A stretch of DNA of 63,822 nucleotides, filler included, from 12 parts of 12 records of this genome joined end to end with filler, not necessarily neighbours in it, one strand, 5' to 3'. Counted from the first letter of the whole stretch, positions 1 through 11,967 are shown. Program-made: numbers and translations. Notes: generated by a model from the letters alone, not told the origin.

Positions 1-526
1 AGACGGCAACGAGACCAATGCGGCCTACATCGCGTGGATCCAGAACACCACGGGCCCCACCGTCGTCTGCCTCTCGCGCCAGGGTGTCCCGCACATCGAG
101 ACCTCCTCCATCGAGAAGGCCCTGCGCGGCGGCTACATCGTGCAGAACGAGTCGCAGGCCCTCAGCGTGGTCATCGTCGCCACCGGGTCCGAGGTCTCGC
201 TGGCCCTGGACGCCGCCAAGCTGCTCAACGGCGCCGCACGTGTTGTCAGCATGCCCTGTGTGTCGGCCTTCCTCGAACAGGACGAGCACTACCGCAGCTC
301 CGTGCTCCCGGCAGGCATCCCTTCGATGGCGGTGGAGGCGGCCGCGACCCTGGGCTGGCACTCGGTCGTGCACTCCGCGGTGGGCATTGACCGCTTTGGT
401 GCGTCTGCGCCCGGGCCCAAGGTGTACGAGGATGTCGGCCTGGTCCCTCAGAATGTGGCCGCCCATGCACAGCGCTTGATGGCACGGTTTGCGCCGGGAA
501 GTGCGCCGCCTGTGGGAAACGTGTGA
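1..526 (+). CDS. Transketolase, C-terminal part (eukaryotic contig; 5' end outside the window)
   Basis: Frame from nt 2 reads DGNETNAAY...GPTVVCLSRQGVP...RGGYIV...VIVATGSEVSLALDAAKLL...ARVVSMPC...AVEAAATLGW...VGIDRFGASAPG, the transketolase pyrimidine-binding and C-terminal motifs; stop TGA at 524-526. Confidence 0.93.
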   Translation, partial: DGNETNAAYIAWIQNTTGPTVVCLSRQGVPHIETSSIEKALRGGYIVQNESQALSVVIVATGSEVSLALDAAKLLNGAARVVSMPCVSAFLEQDEHYRSSVLPAGIPSMAVEAAATLGWHSVVHSAVGIDRFGASAPGPKVYEDVGLVPQNVAAHAQRLMARFAPGSAPPVGNV

Positions 527-1318
527 GGGCGGTGCTGAGGAGTGTAGTCGTGTTGTTTGTGCTGTGATGGCTGTTTGAGACGGGTGAGAGTTCGTAAAGA
601 CTGGTTGGTAATAATTTGCTCTCCTGTTCGGATCCCGGTGAAGGGGTACATGCTGCGCTACCTCCTGTACCGCGTCGATGTACGGTCACCGACGTACGCT
701 GGCTGTTGTTCATACCAAAACCCACATACACATACAGACTCACTGACTCTCCTCGCGCGCATTCCCACACTCTCTCACAGACCCAAACAGACCGTCCATC
801 TCTCCAGCTGCTCTTCACTCAATCAACGTGCTCCTTCATGCCAGGGACTCACGGTATTGGTAGCTCGGTGCTGGAACAAGCTCTTGGCGATGTGCGAGCA
901 CACCAGGTTCGCTGTCTAACTTGACAGTCAACCCACACATGGTTGGGGTGGTAGCACTGGTGGTGTGATGTACTTTTTTCAATACCTTGCTGCACATCTC
1001 GGCATGCCTTCACTCGATCACCGAAACATGCAAACCAGGTAGGCGCAGCGGGTGAGCATCAAGCCATCGGTGCAGATAGCCGTGTTTGGATGCAGGCTAG
1101 CACAGCGTATGTCGAGATTATGAATATACACTATATAGAGTTGAGTCCCAAGAACAGAAGAGTAGGGAACTGCTTTTGAGAGAAGGCGAAACCGACATGA
1201 ATATGCGTTGATGAGCAATTGTTCAAAACCAGGATGCGATAACGGTCTTACATTACTATCATACACTCACATGAACCTATACAACTAGCACGCTCCCGAT
1301 ACACTTCCAAAGTTACAA

Positions 1319-1882
1319 TTACTGTGCAGCAAGCCGCTTCGCGACAGCGTGTGAGCGCTTGTAACCTTTGTATCGATCGGGGTTGAAATTATCCAAATCA
1401 CGAACATCCCGCCGCGCCTGCTCGGATTCCATTCGACGCTACACACAGAAATGAGCACGAACATGGTATACCGTGAGTCGCAATGCGACGGCTTGACGCG
1501 AAACGTGCGCAATACACAGAGACACGGCACGTATACCATGTACGCGAGAGCCATGCAACATACATCTTGCTCTTCATCCGAGAGAGAAGTTGAGCCTTTC
1601 GCAGGTTTAACAGTGGGCTGCCGCTTGGTCGATGCGGATTGGGGCCTCGCAGGTGTAACGGGAAGAGATCCGGCACGGGACGGCACTCGAGACGGCCGTG
1701 GTTGAGGATTCCTTAATCTTCGTTCAAAGTCGTCAATATCTGTGCGGGAAAAATCAACAAGTTAATGAAGGTCAACTCCTGTATGCTAACTGACCTCGAA
1801 ACGTTTTCGGGGCTTCTTCCACTGCATTCTCTTTTCCTGTGTCCTCGAGACTGAGCGATGGAATATCGAGATCGTCAGACAT
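1319..1882 (-). CDS. Hypothetical 127-aa protein, 3 exons (1882-1795, 1739-1564, 1438-1319)
   Basis: ATG at 1882; introns GTCAGT..CAG (1794-1740) and GTATGT..TAG (1563-1439) join an unbroken frame MSDDLDIPSLSLEDTGKENAVEEAPKTFRDIDDFERRLRNPQ...SDEEQDRRMESEQARRDVRDLDNFNPDRYKGYKRSHAVAKRLAAQ*. Confidence 0.7.
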
Positions 1883-2174
1883 GTCGGGTGTATGAAAGAG
1901 AGAAATTCAAGACAATCAAAAGATTGAACTCCCAGTCACTGACTTTGAGATGAAAGATGAGTCCACAGTCTGTGGAATTTGGATGTCGTGTTGATGAATT
2001 GTTCCCGCTCGTACGTCCGATTTTTGGCATGCGCCGCTATAGCAGCCAACGGGGAAAACGCCGCCATTGCAACATCTGACAGCATCGAAGATTGCCGTTG
2101 GAACGATGTGTGCTCTTCAAGCAGCGCGCCAGCGAGATTTTCGTCATTCTCTCGGTGTTGCTGTCTAGATGACT

Positions 2175-4271
2175 ATGGCGAGCCGTGCGTCCACCCGCTC
2201 TGGGCCTGCGGACATGAAGAAACTGGTATGCATACAATTACTCATCGCGAGCTTCGAATTGAGACTCATTGTGCATTGTAGCGGCATGACAAGCTGAAGG
2301 AGAATCTCATCTCCAAGGTGAAGGCGGACATTGTGCGGCAGGGAGGAGTGCGTTAGACTTTGCATTATAAGTTTGCAATTTCTCATCCTCCTGCAGGAAC
2401 CTCTGTCGGAGAATCTGGTCCAGCACGCCAGCAAGGAGTTAGATCGTCTGTTGAAGTCTGGCAAGATTCACGAAGCCGATGTGGCCAAATTGGAGCAGCA
2501 GCTGAGGAAAGTGCAGTTGAAGAGCACCGGTGCCGCTGAAGCGTCTGTTCAGCCTAAACCGTCTATTACAGCGGCCGTCGCGGCTAAGGTATGAAGCAGT
2601 CTTTCTGATTTCGGACTTGCATCTCACGTGCTATTTCAGGCTGAAGTCCGCTCTGAGGCGAAGCCACAGACTCCCGCGTCTACGTTGACCACGGGCGTTG
2701 GGGATGAATGGGGCATGCTTCTGCAGTTGGAGAAGTACGTGTTGCGCTGTTATCATAGCACGCGATTTGTTTTGTTAACGCAACGTTCATTGTAGGGCGG
2801 AGTTTGAGGAGCGTGAGAAGCGGAGAATTGAGATTGAGCGCACGAAGAAGGCGTCCACGCGTGGCGACCTCACCGTTCAAATGCAACAGCACAAGGCGGC
2901 GGAACGTACGCTGTTTTGTTGCGTGCATGTCGGAAGTGTGTTGCTTATATTATGTGCTGTGCAGAGCAACGCAAGAAGGAAGAGATTGATTTCGCGCGTC
3001 AGGAGCAGGAGCGACTCAAGGCATGGAAAGAGGCCGAGCGACAAAAGGAGGCATGTTGTGTCACACCCGCTGTCTGTGTTGTGGCTCATTCGTTTTGTTG
3101 TGTGTTTTGCGTGAGAGCAGCAAGAGCGCCTGGAGAAGAACATGAAGGAGAAGCAGATCCGCGATGAGCAGCTGGCGCAGATCCGTGCGCGCCGCCGGCA
3201 GGAGGAGGAGGCCAAGCGTGCGGAGGAAGCGCAGACCATTGAGGAGGCACAGAAACGCATGCAGATGGAGAAGGAGCGCGAGATTGCACGCCGCATTGAG
3301 GTGCGCATGGGGGTGTTACGTGTGAGACGTGTGCGGTGTGGGGTTATGGATGGTGTGTGCGAGAGGTCCTATGGGTGCGTTCCTCTAACGTGAGGTGTGT
3401 TTCTCCGTGTGCAGCACAAGAAGGAGTACGTCAAGGTGCTGGCGGACAACGAGCGACAGCGCGAGATGAAGAAGGACATGAAGAAGAAGCAGATTGAGGA
3501 GGACATCAAGTTCCAGCAGATGTACAACGACTTGAAGGACGCGGAGGAGGCGGCCCGCACACGCGCCCTGGCTGAGCTGGCTGAGAAGCAGAAGCGGCGG
3601 TACGAGATCGGCCTCAAGGTGCAGATGTCCGTGGACGAGAAGGCTCAGGAGGTGCGCATTCGTGTTTGTTGTTGGTAGGGGTGTTGGTTGTACATGGTCT
3701 CCTACTGTGTGTTTTGTGTATGGCGATGCTGATGATGCGATGCTGCAGGACGAGAACCGTGCCCGGCGCGAGCAGGAGGCCCGAGAGCGCCGCGAGGCTG
3801 AGGCTGAGCGCGCCAAGCAGGAGAAGCTGCGACAGGAGCGCGAGGCTGTCAAGGCCACCCTTGCGGCGCAGATGGCGGAGAAGGAGGTACGTGGCGGGAC
3901 GGGATGTTGGTGGTGCTGTAGCGGTATTGCGATGCGGTGCAGATATTGACTGTGTGTTTGTGCAGCGGCTACGCAAGCAGGCCGAGCAGGAGGCGAAGGA
4001 GCATGCGGAGCGTGTGAAGCGAGAGGCGCAGGAGTTTGAGAAGCGTGAGTGGGAGCGCCGCCAGGAGGAGAAGGTGAAGAACGTGCAGCACCGCGACCTG
4101 CTTGAGCGCCAGATGCGCGACAACCAGCTCAAGAAGCAGTACCAGACCTACGTCATGTCCGAGACCGAGCGCCAGCTGAATGCTCAGCTGCTCAAGAAAG
4201 TGGCTGAGAAGGGCCTGTCCCCGCCCGTGACGCCCTCCAAGCTGGAGGCGCACTCGACCTCGCCGTGGTAG
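2175..4271 (+). CDS. E/K/R/Q-rich coiled-coil protein of about 486 aa, trichohyalin-plectin-homology-like; 10 exons (2175-2225, 2282-2347, 2397-2588, 2640-2734, 2796-2905, 2965-3050, 3121-3300, 3415-3651, 3749-3886, 3966-4271)
   Basis: Exon lengths sum to 1461 nt with consistent phases; 8 GT-AG introns plus one probable GC-AG intron; long charged helical segments; C-terminal YVMSETERQLNAQLLKKV; an alternative in-frame ATG at 2169. Confidence 0.8.
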
Positions 4272-5060
4272 GCGAACATGCACGCCCGCAGGGGAGTGTA
4301 TGTGTGTAAGGGGGAGAGAGGGGAAAAGGGGGAGAGAGTGTGTGTCTGTGGTGTGTGTTTGATTCGTGCTTGTCTTAGCTTTCGTGTTAATTAGGATCAT
4401 GGCGCTAGCGTGTTGTGCGGTTTTGTGAGGATCGATTCCGATGAATGCGATCAGGTGGACGGAAACTGTAAATGTCAGCGTCTACAGTACTGCTCGCATT
4501 GTGTTGTTATTTTGATGATGAATTCGCTTCATCACGTACACCAGTAAGGCTATAGCGGAGCCGTACCATGTCCAGAATTTCCCCAATGTCATCTGGGACG
4601 TTATACAGAGAATCGCAGACTTACACTGCAACGCAACATGCACGACTTTGTCATTACGCCTCACAACTCCGCATCATGGGAGGTTGCAATGTCAAAAACG
4701 TGGTCACAACACTGTGTGTTGTTCGATTCGCTTGCACGCGGAAATCATGTGAGATCCCCCACACACGCATCGGTTTCGAGAGTGTCCAAACAGACTGCAT
4801 CGACGTACACACAGCACGCTACAGGGCCGTCCCTATTGCTTGATCAGCACGTCCGAGTGTATGAGCTAAGTCGCAGGCGACACCAGTGGATCGCCATACA
4901 ACGCGCAGGGCCCACATCGAGCCACTTGCAGGGGAATCCACTAGCTACCCACTAGCTCTCAACGACCCGTAGCCATACCACGACCTGCTATCGCGACCAG
5001 CGCCGCGACCAGCGCGAAAGCTCGTTTGAAAAAGAGTGCTCCACACGGGACAACTTAATC

Positions 5061-5562
5061 CTAGCTGAGGTGTGGAGGGTCTGCTTGCCTGCCTCTGGAC
5101 TCCTTCTGCAAGGCGATCCATTTGCGCTGTTCCTCCTTCCAGTCCTCAAGCTTCTGCATATAGGCGGCCTCTCGCTCAAAGTACTCCGTCCACACACATG
5201 TGGCACATCCATTTCCTACGTTACGCGCACTCACATATCAGTCAAGGATTCCCTTTCGCAACCCACCACGAAGCAGGGATGAACAGGTTTCAAATGAAAC
5301 ATGTCCGAATATATCTGAGTCAAACCATAGAGCTGCCTCCTTCAAGAACCATTTCTCACGCACCGCAACATGCAGATGGGTCGGGCTGCGTGGGCGGAAC
5401 CGGCTCCGGCAATGCGAACGGCATTGGAGGTGTCACATCATCCGCCTCGGCGCGCAGCGAGGCAGAGGAGGACACAAGAGCGCTTTGATGAGCACGATAT
5501 GGAGGCTTCACATGCGAAAGCTGGTGAAAAAAGCGCAGAGTTTGAACACGCGCCAGCGCCAT
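5061..5562 (-). CDS. Oxidoreductase-like domain protein (Oxidored-like/OXLD1 type), 117 aa, 2 exons (5562-5364, 5215-5061)
   Basis: Splicing GTGCGT..TAG gives PPTQPDPSACCGNGCATCVWTEYFEREAAY, matching the P-x-P-xx-CC-x-x-GC-xx-CVW-xx-Y signature; the basic, acid-free N-terminus resembles a mitochondrial presequence. Confidence 0.8.
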
Positions 5563-5759
5563 AACGAGAGAGCGCAGAACAACCGATGACTACGGTGACA
5601 TTTGCGACTTGAAATCAACCGAACAGCGCCGGTGCCGTGAAATCTTTGCTCACAATTTGACCGTGCTATAGGGTGCCGGTATTGCAACCAGTGGCCGCTG
5701 AAACCTTGCTAGCGTTCGAGTCCACAGTTTGCAGCGGCGGCGTGGTTTGTGAGTGAAAG

Positions 5760-6216
5760 ATGGCACCTCGGAAGAAGGACGCCACGGTTGGTGCGAAGAA
5801 GACGCCCCAGAAGGGTCCTGCCCGGGCGCTGCCGGGTTCCGTTCAAAAGAAGCATCGGTTCAGGCCCGGAACAGTCGCTCTGCGTGAGATCCGGAAGTAT
5901 CAGAAAGGATCGGATTTGCTGTTGAGGAAACTCCCTTTTGCACGTGTGGTGCGTGAAATTACGAATACTATGGCCCCGCAGGGTCTTAGGTGGCAGGCCG
6001 AAGCGCTACTGGCACTGCAAGAGGCAGCTGAGGCATATCTGACTCACTTGTTTGAGGATACGTATGTGAAAGTCACCGTGATGATCTTCCTCTCATGCGA
6101 CGTTTGTGCACTTTTGTAGTCAATTACTCGCGGTGCACGCCAAGCGCGTTACGATTATGATCAAGGATATGTACCTGGCTCGGCGAATCCGCGGTGTTTC
6201 GGAAGCTCTCAAGTAG
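5760..6216 (+). CDS. CENH3: Centromeric histone H3 variant (CenH3/CENP-A-like), 132 aa, 2 exons (5760-6061, 6120-6216)
   Basis: Histone fold [20 protein letters not shown]...[44 protein letters not shown] instead of LPFQR, LRWQ instead of LRFQ, loop 1 one residue longer, non-canonical tail; 58-nt GTATGT..TAG intron. Confidence 0.85.
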
Positions 6217-6544
6217 AATTACTTCATGCGTCTGTTGTACTCGCATTCGTGCTGTTTGGGGTGTGATACCCTTAGAGATGAAGCACTCAACGGTATATAC
6301 TGACAAACAGAAGCATGATTGGCGGATTAAGTTGTGAGAAAGAGAGGATAATGAGTTTCTAGTACATAGTTCGGATTCTGTAGTGTGATCGATGCATGTC
6401 AGTTTGTGAGAGAATTTTCTGCTAAACACAGTTGCGCGGCGGACCTAATAAAGAAGACATCGGATCGCATGTTCATACATCGTTATTGGTACTATCATCA
6501 TCATTATTGGCAACGGAAAACAACACCGGAACGACACATACTGC

Positions 6545-6596
6545 ACTCACACACACACGACCACAAGCACACACACGCACACACGCACACACGCAC
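6545..6596. repeat. Imperfect (CA)n microsatellite at contig end
   Basis: cacacacacacgaccacaagcacacacgcacacacgcacacacgcac runs into the gap. Confidence 0.8.
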
Positions 6597-6696
6597 NNNN
6601 NNNNNNNNNNNNNNNNNNNNNNNNNNNNNNNNNNNNNNNNTTAATTAATTAANNNNNNNNNNNNNNNNNNNNNNNNNNNNNNNNNNNNNNNNNNNN
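6597..6696. other. Artificial contig spacer 1 (44N-TTAATTAATTAA-44N)
   Basis: 100-nt linker with stop codons in all six frames; eukaryote/E. coli boundary. Confidence 0.99.
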
Positions 6697-6733
6697 CTTG
6701 CGCTTCGATGGTGTCAAAAGTTGGGGTGGTCAT
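6697..6733 (-). CDS. fklB: FKBP-type peptidyl-prolyl isomerase FklB, N-terminal fragment
   Basis: MTTPTFDTIEAQ, divergent from ytfB as in E. coli; cut by the gap. Confidence 0.85.
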
Positions 6734-6950
6734 CGTATTTCCTTTCTTAGGGTATAAAGTAGCGGGCAGCATATCAGCCACACTTCTTTGGGTAAAACTT
6801 TGTCGCGGGAATGATGACAAATCCCAGGGAAAAAGAAACAATAGCAATATCCCGTATGAATATAATAAAGGCGGGTTTACCACGGACATCATAGCGTTAG
6901 CTTATTCATAGGCTATGATTGAGGAACAAGACGCGGAGCAGGAGGAAACC

Positions 6951-7589
6951 ATGCCCGGGCGCTTTGAACTAAAACCAACCCTGGAGAAAGTCTGGCACGC
7001 GCCGGACAATTTTCGCTTCATGGACCCGCTGCCGCCGATGCATCGTCGGGGGATCATTATTGCCGCCATTGTATTGGTGGTCGGATTTCTGCTTCCATCT
7101 GATGATACGCCCAACGCGCCGGTGGTGACGCGTGAAGCGCAGTTAGATATTCAGTCGCAATCACAACCGCCGACAGAAGAACAGCTGCGGGCGCAATTAG
7201 TTACCCCACAAAATGATCCTGATCAGGTGGCTCCGGTCGCTCCAGAACCTATACAGGAAGGCCAGCCAGAAGAGCAGCCGCAAACTACCCAAACGCAACC
7301 ATTCCAGCCAGATAGCGGAATTGATAATCAATGGCGCTCTTACCGTGTCGAACCCGGTAAAACGATGGCGCAGCTGTTCCGCGACCACGGACTGCCCGCT
7401 ACCGATGTCTATGCAATGGCGCAGGTAGAAGGCGCGGGTAAGCCGCTGAGTAATTTGCAAAACGGGCAGATGGTGAAAATCCGCCAGAACGCCAGCGGCG
7501 TGGTGACGGGCTTAACCATTGATACGGGGAATAATCAACAGGTCCTGTTCACCCGCCAGCCGGATGGCAGTTTTATTCGTGCGCGGTAG
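6951..7589 (+). CDS. ytfB: Cell division protein YtfB (OapA family)
   Basis: [15 protein letters not shown]..., one TM segment, C-terminal [27 protein letters not shown] before ATG 6951. Confidence 0.93.
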
Positions 7590-7990
7590 ATGAAGGGTCA
7601 ACCAAAAGCCAGCTAAGGATTGTCTCTTTGATGACCTTACGTCTGGCTTCCAGTGCCTGGGGTGAAACCATACTGATGTGATAAACCAGGCCAAGCGTAT
7701 GCTGGTTGATCAAATAATATCCGCCAAGCGCAGCAATATTAATATTCACCTGCAATGGGTCGATATCTGGCTTAAAAATATTGTGTTTCTTCCCTTCATC
7801 CAATAAGGATTCCATTAACTGCAAGTGCGCATGGTTAATTTCTAAGAGACGCTGTGATTTTGCATAATGCACACCTTTACTTTGATTTTCACTATGCACA
7901 ATTTTTAAAAACCAAGGATTAGCAATATAATAATCCCATGTAAAATCAATAATTTTCTCAATGGCTTTTTGTGGCTGGCTAACCTGCTGA
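7573..7990 (-). pseudogene. ytfA: 5'-truncated TetR-family regulator remnant
   Basis: ORF 7573-7899; the frame continues upstream as [28 protein letters not shown] but no HTH domain is present. Confidence 0.8.
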
Positions 7991-8245
7991 TTAACGAATA
8001 CACCGATACCGACAGCGTAGAATAATTACATACCGCACAACAAGAATGTACGGTGTAAGGCGTGGAAGTCATTTTCTCCCCGGGTGCATCGTTATATCCA
8101 TAATGAGCGATTTTTGATATTAATATCTTTCACCATCCGCTATTTTCACCACTTCAGAAAACAAACTTATTTTTATTAATATCGATTTTTTTCTGTGAAC
8201 ATTCAGCTGCGATATTTATAAAAACATTAAACAGGTAACATTACA

Positions 8246-9040
8246 ATGACATTACCAACGACTATTTATTCATTTCCTGCATATTTATCTCGTTTTTCGT
8301 CCACCGACAAACCAGTAAAATTAAAATTTCATCAATACGCACGCGCTACATTACTTTCAAATCGTGGAAGAGATCATAATTGCGATGGCAGACGTACTGT
8401 TGAGATCCACAAACTAGATCTCTCAGACTGGCAAGCATTCAATAAGTTAGCGACGAGGTGTAATGCTTACGATGGAATCACAATGAATGGTGATAATTCT
8501 TTTGGATGGAACCATGAAGCTACATTAGATAATATTCACGCCCAGAAATACAATAAAGCTTACGCGGGTGCGAGGTTAACCGCAGAACTGAAATATTTAT
8601 TGCAAGATGTCGAATCCTTCGAACCCAACAGTAAATACACAATACACGAAGTGGTTTTGGGACCTGGTTATGGTACTCCAGACTATACCGGCCAAACGAT
8701 AGGATACGTTGTAACCCTTCCTGCCCAAATGCCTAATTACTGGTCATCTGAACTACCAACAATCGATCTTTATATCGACCAACTTCGCACTGTTACAGGC
8801 GTTTCTAATGCCCTCGGATTCATCATTGCTGCATTGCTAAACGCGTATTCTGATTTACCCCATGATTTGAAAATTGGTCTGCGTTCCTTATCAAGTTCAG
8901 CCGCAATCTACTCGGGTTTGGGTTTCGAGCGAGTGCCGCAGGAGCGAGACATCAGTTGCGCTCGTATGTATCTAACGCCAGCAAACCATCCTGACTTATG
9001 GACACAAGAGAATGGTGAATGGATCTACTTGCGAAACTAA
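8246..9040 (+). CDS. yjfZ: Uncharacterised protein YjfZ (264 aa)
   Basis: AT-rich ORF convergent with rplI; sequence and position match E. coli yjfZ. Confidence 0.85.
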   Translation: MTLPTTIYSFPAYLSRFSSTDKPVKLKFHQYARATLLSNRGRDHNCDGRRTVEIHKLDLSDWQAFNKLATRCNAYDGITMNGDNSFGWNHEATLDNIHAQKYNKAYAGARLTAELKYLLQDVESFEPNSKYTIHEVVLGPGYGTPDYTGQTIGYVVTLPAQMPNYWSSELPTIDLYIDQLRTVTGVSNALGFIIAALLNAYSDLPHDLKIGLRSLSSSAAIYSGLGFERVPQERDISCARMYLTPANHPDLWTQENGEWIYLRN

Positions 9041-9062
9041 TACCTGACGAAAAATAGAAAGC

Positions 9063-9089
9063 AAAACGCCGACCAATGGTCGGCGTTTT
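9063..9089. terminator. Bidirectional intrinsic terminator between yjfZ and rplI
   Basis: aaaacgccgacc-aat-ggtcggcgtttt inverted repeat. Confidence 0.85.
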
Positions 9090-9109
9090 ACGTCTCGTTG
9101 AATAACGAA

Positions 9110-9571
<462 letters not shown>

Positions 9572-9600
9572 TCAAAGTCGTATTAATGGACCGTGACCGA

Positions 9601-10147
<547 letters not shown>

Positions 10148-10153
10148 CAGAAA

Positions 10154-10625
<472 letters not shown>

Positions 10626-10875
10626 GTCGGCTGAAAAATGACGCGTTATAGTACTTGTATGCCTCGCTAAACTCAAGGGCAGAGCCGAAATAAATCTCCC
10701 CTTTCGCAATTAACCTCTAACACGCTGATTTGAAGTTCATCACACTTCATCATGGTGTTTTTTTGAACAACTGCATCAGAAATGGTCACCATCAACTTCT
10801 TTATCATTGATTAAAATTAAATCAGAAGATCATCACAGAGGAGAGCACACAAAGTCAGCCGTCGAGGAGGTATCT

Positions 10876-11151
10876 ATGTTCAGTCGTGTTTTAGCCCTTC
10901 TGGCTGTGCTTTTGCTAAGTGCAAATACATGGGCAGCCATTGAAATTAATAACCACCAGGCCAGAAATATGGACGATGTGCAAAGCTTAGGCGTGATTTA
11001 TATCAATCATAATTTCGCCACTGAAAGCGAAGCACGTCAGGCATTAAATGAAGAAACAGATGCGCAAGGCGCAACGTACTACCACGTAATTCTGATGCGG
11101 GAACCGGGGAGTAACGGCAATATGCACGCCAGCGCGGATATTTATCGCTAG
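10876..11151 (+). CDS. yjfY: DUF1471 (YhcN-like) periplasmic protein YjfY
   Basis: Signal peptide MFSRVLALLAVLLLSANTWA; C-terminal MHASADIYR; GAGGAGG RBS. Confidence 0.9.
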   Translation: MFSRVLALLAVLLLSANTWAAIEINNHQARNMDDVQSLGVIYINHNFATESEARQALNEETDAQGATYYHVILMREPGSNGNMHASADIYR

Positions 11152-11191
11152 CACCAGGTATAACCAACGAAACATTGCCATAGTTTGCTTT

Positions 11192-11217
11192 GCCCCCTTC
11201 GCAGGGGGCTTTTTTTT
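11192..11217. terminator. Intrinsic terminator between yjfY and ulaF
   Basis: gccccct-tcgc-agggggc followed by a T run. Confidence 0.85.
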
Positions 11218-11280
11218 GAAAAACGGCTGCGGAATTAGACCAGTTATCTCCCGAGGAAGGAAATTTCCGCAGCGCGTGTT

Positions 11281-11967
11281 CTACTTCTGCCCGTAATAAG
11301 CGTTAGGACCGTGTTTACGCATGAAGTGTTTATTCATCAGGAAGCTGTCGATGTGATTGAGTTGTGGGTTAATGCCGCGGGCAATCCACGCCATTTTCGC
11401 CACTTCTTCCATCACCACCGCGTTATGCACCGCATCGTGAGCATCTTTCCCCCAGGCGAACGGCCCGTGCTGATACACCACAATTCCCGGCGTATGCAGC
11501 GGCTCGGCGTTGCCCAGCGTTTCGATAATCACTTTGCCGGTGTTCAGTTCATACTCGCCCTGCACCTCTTCTTCGCTTAACCCGCGCGTACACGGAATGT
11601 CGCCAAAGAAGTAGTCGGCGTGCGTGGTGCCTAACGCCGGGATCGCCAGCCCCGCCTGCGCCCATGCGGTGGCATGAGTGGAGTGGGTATGGACAATGCC
11701 ACCAAGCGACGGGTAACGACGGTAGAGTTCGAGATGCGTCGCAGTGTCGGAAGATGGGCGATACTCCCCTTCCACCACCTTGCCGCTCATATCAACCACC
11801 ACCATATCGGCCGCTTTCATGGTTTCGTAGGCAACGCCGCTGGGCTTGATCACCACCAGCCCGCGTTCGCGGTCGATAGCGCTGACGTTGCCCCAGGTAA
11901 AGGTCACCAGCCCGTAGCGCGGCAGCTCCATGTTGGCTTCAAATACCTGCTGTTTTAGCTTTTGCAT
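11281..11967 (-). CDS. ulaF: L-ribulose-5-phosphate 4-epimerase UlaF
   Basis: [29 protein letters not shown]...HTHSTHAT; start overlaps the ulaE stop. Confidence 0.97.
   Translation of the reverse strand: MQKLKQQVFEANMELPRYGLVTFTWGNVSAIDRERGLVVIKPSGVAYETMKAADMVVVDMSGKVVEGEYRPSSDTATHLELYRRYPSLGGIVHTHSTHATAWAQAGLAIPALGTTHADYFFGDIPCTRGLSEEEVQGEYELNTGKVIIETLGNAEPLHTPGIVVYQHGPFAWGKDAHDAVHNAVVMEEVAKMAWIARGINPQLNHIDSFLMNKHFMRKHGPNAYYGQK

Noticed and set aside
527..1300. Short ORFs or ncRNAs in eukaryotic intergenic DNA (also 4300-5050, 6220-6540, 14340-15100)
   Set aside because: No consistent splice model, protein motif or complete C/D-box or tRNA structure; probably UTR or intergenic sequence.
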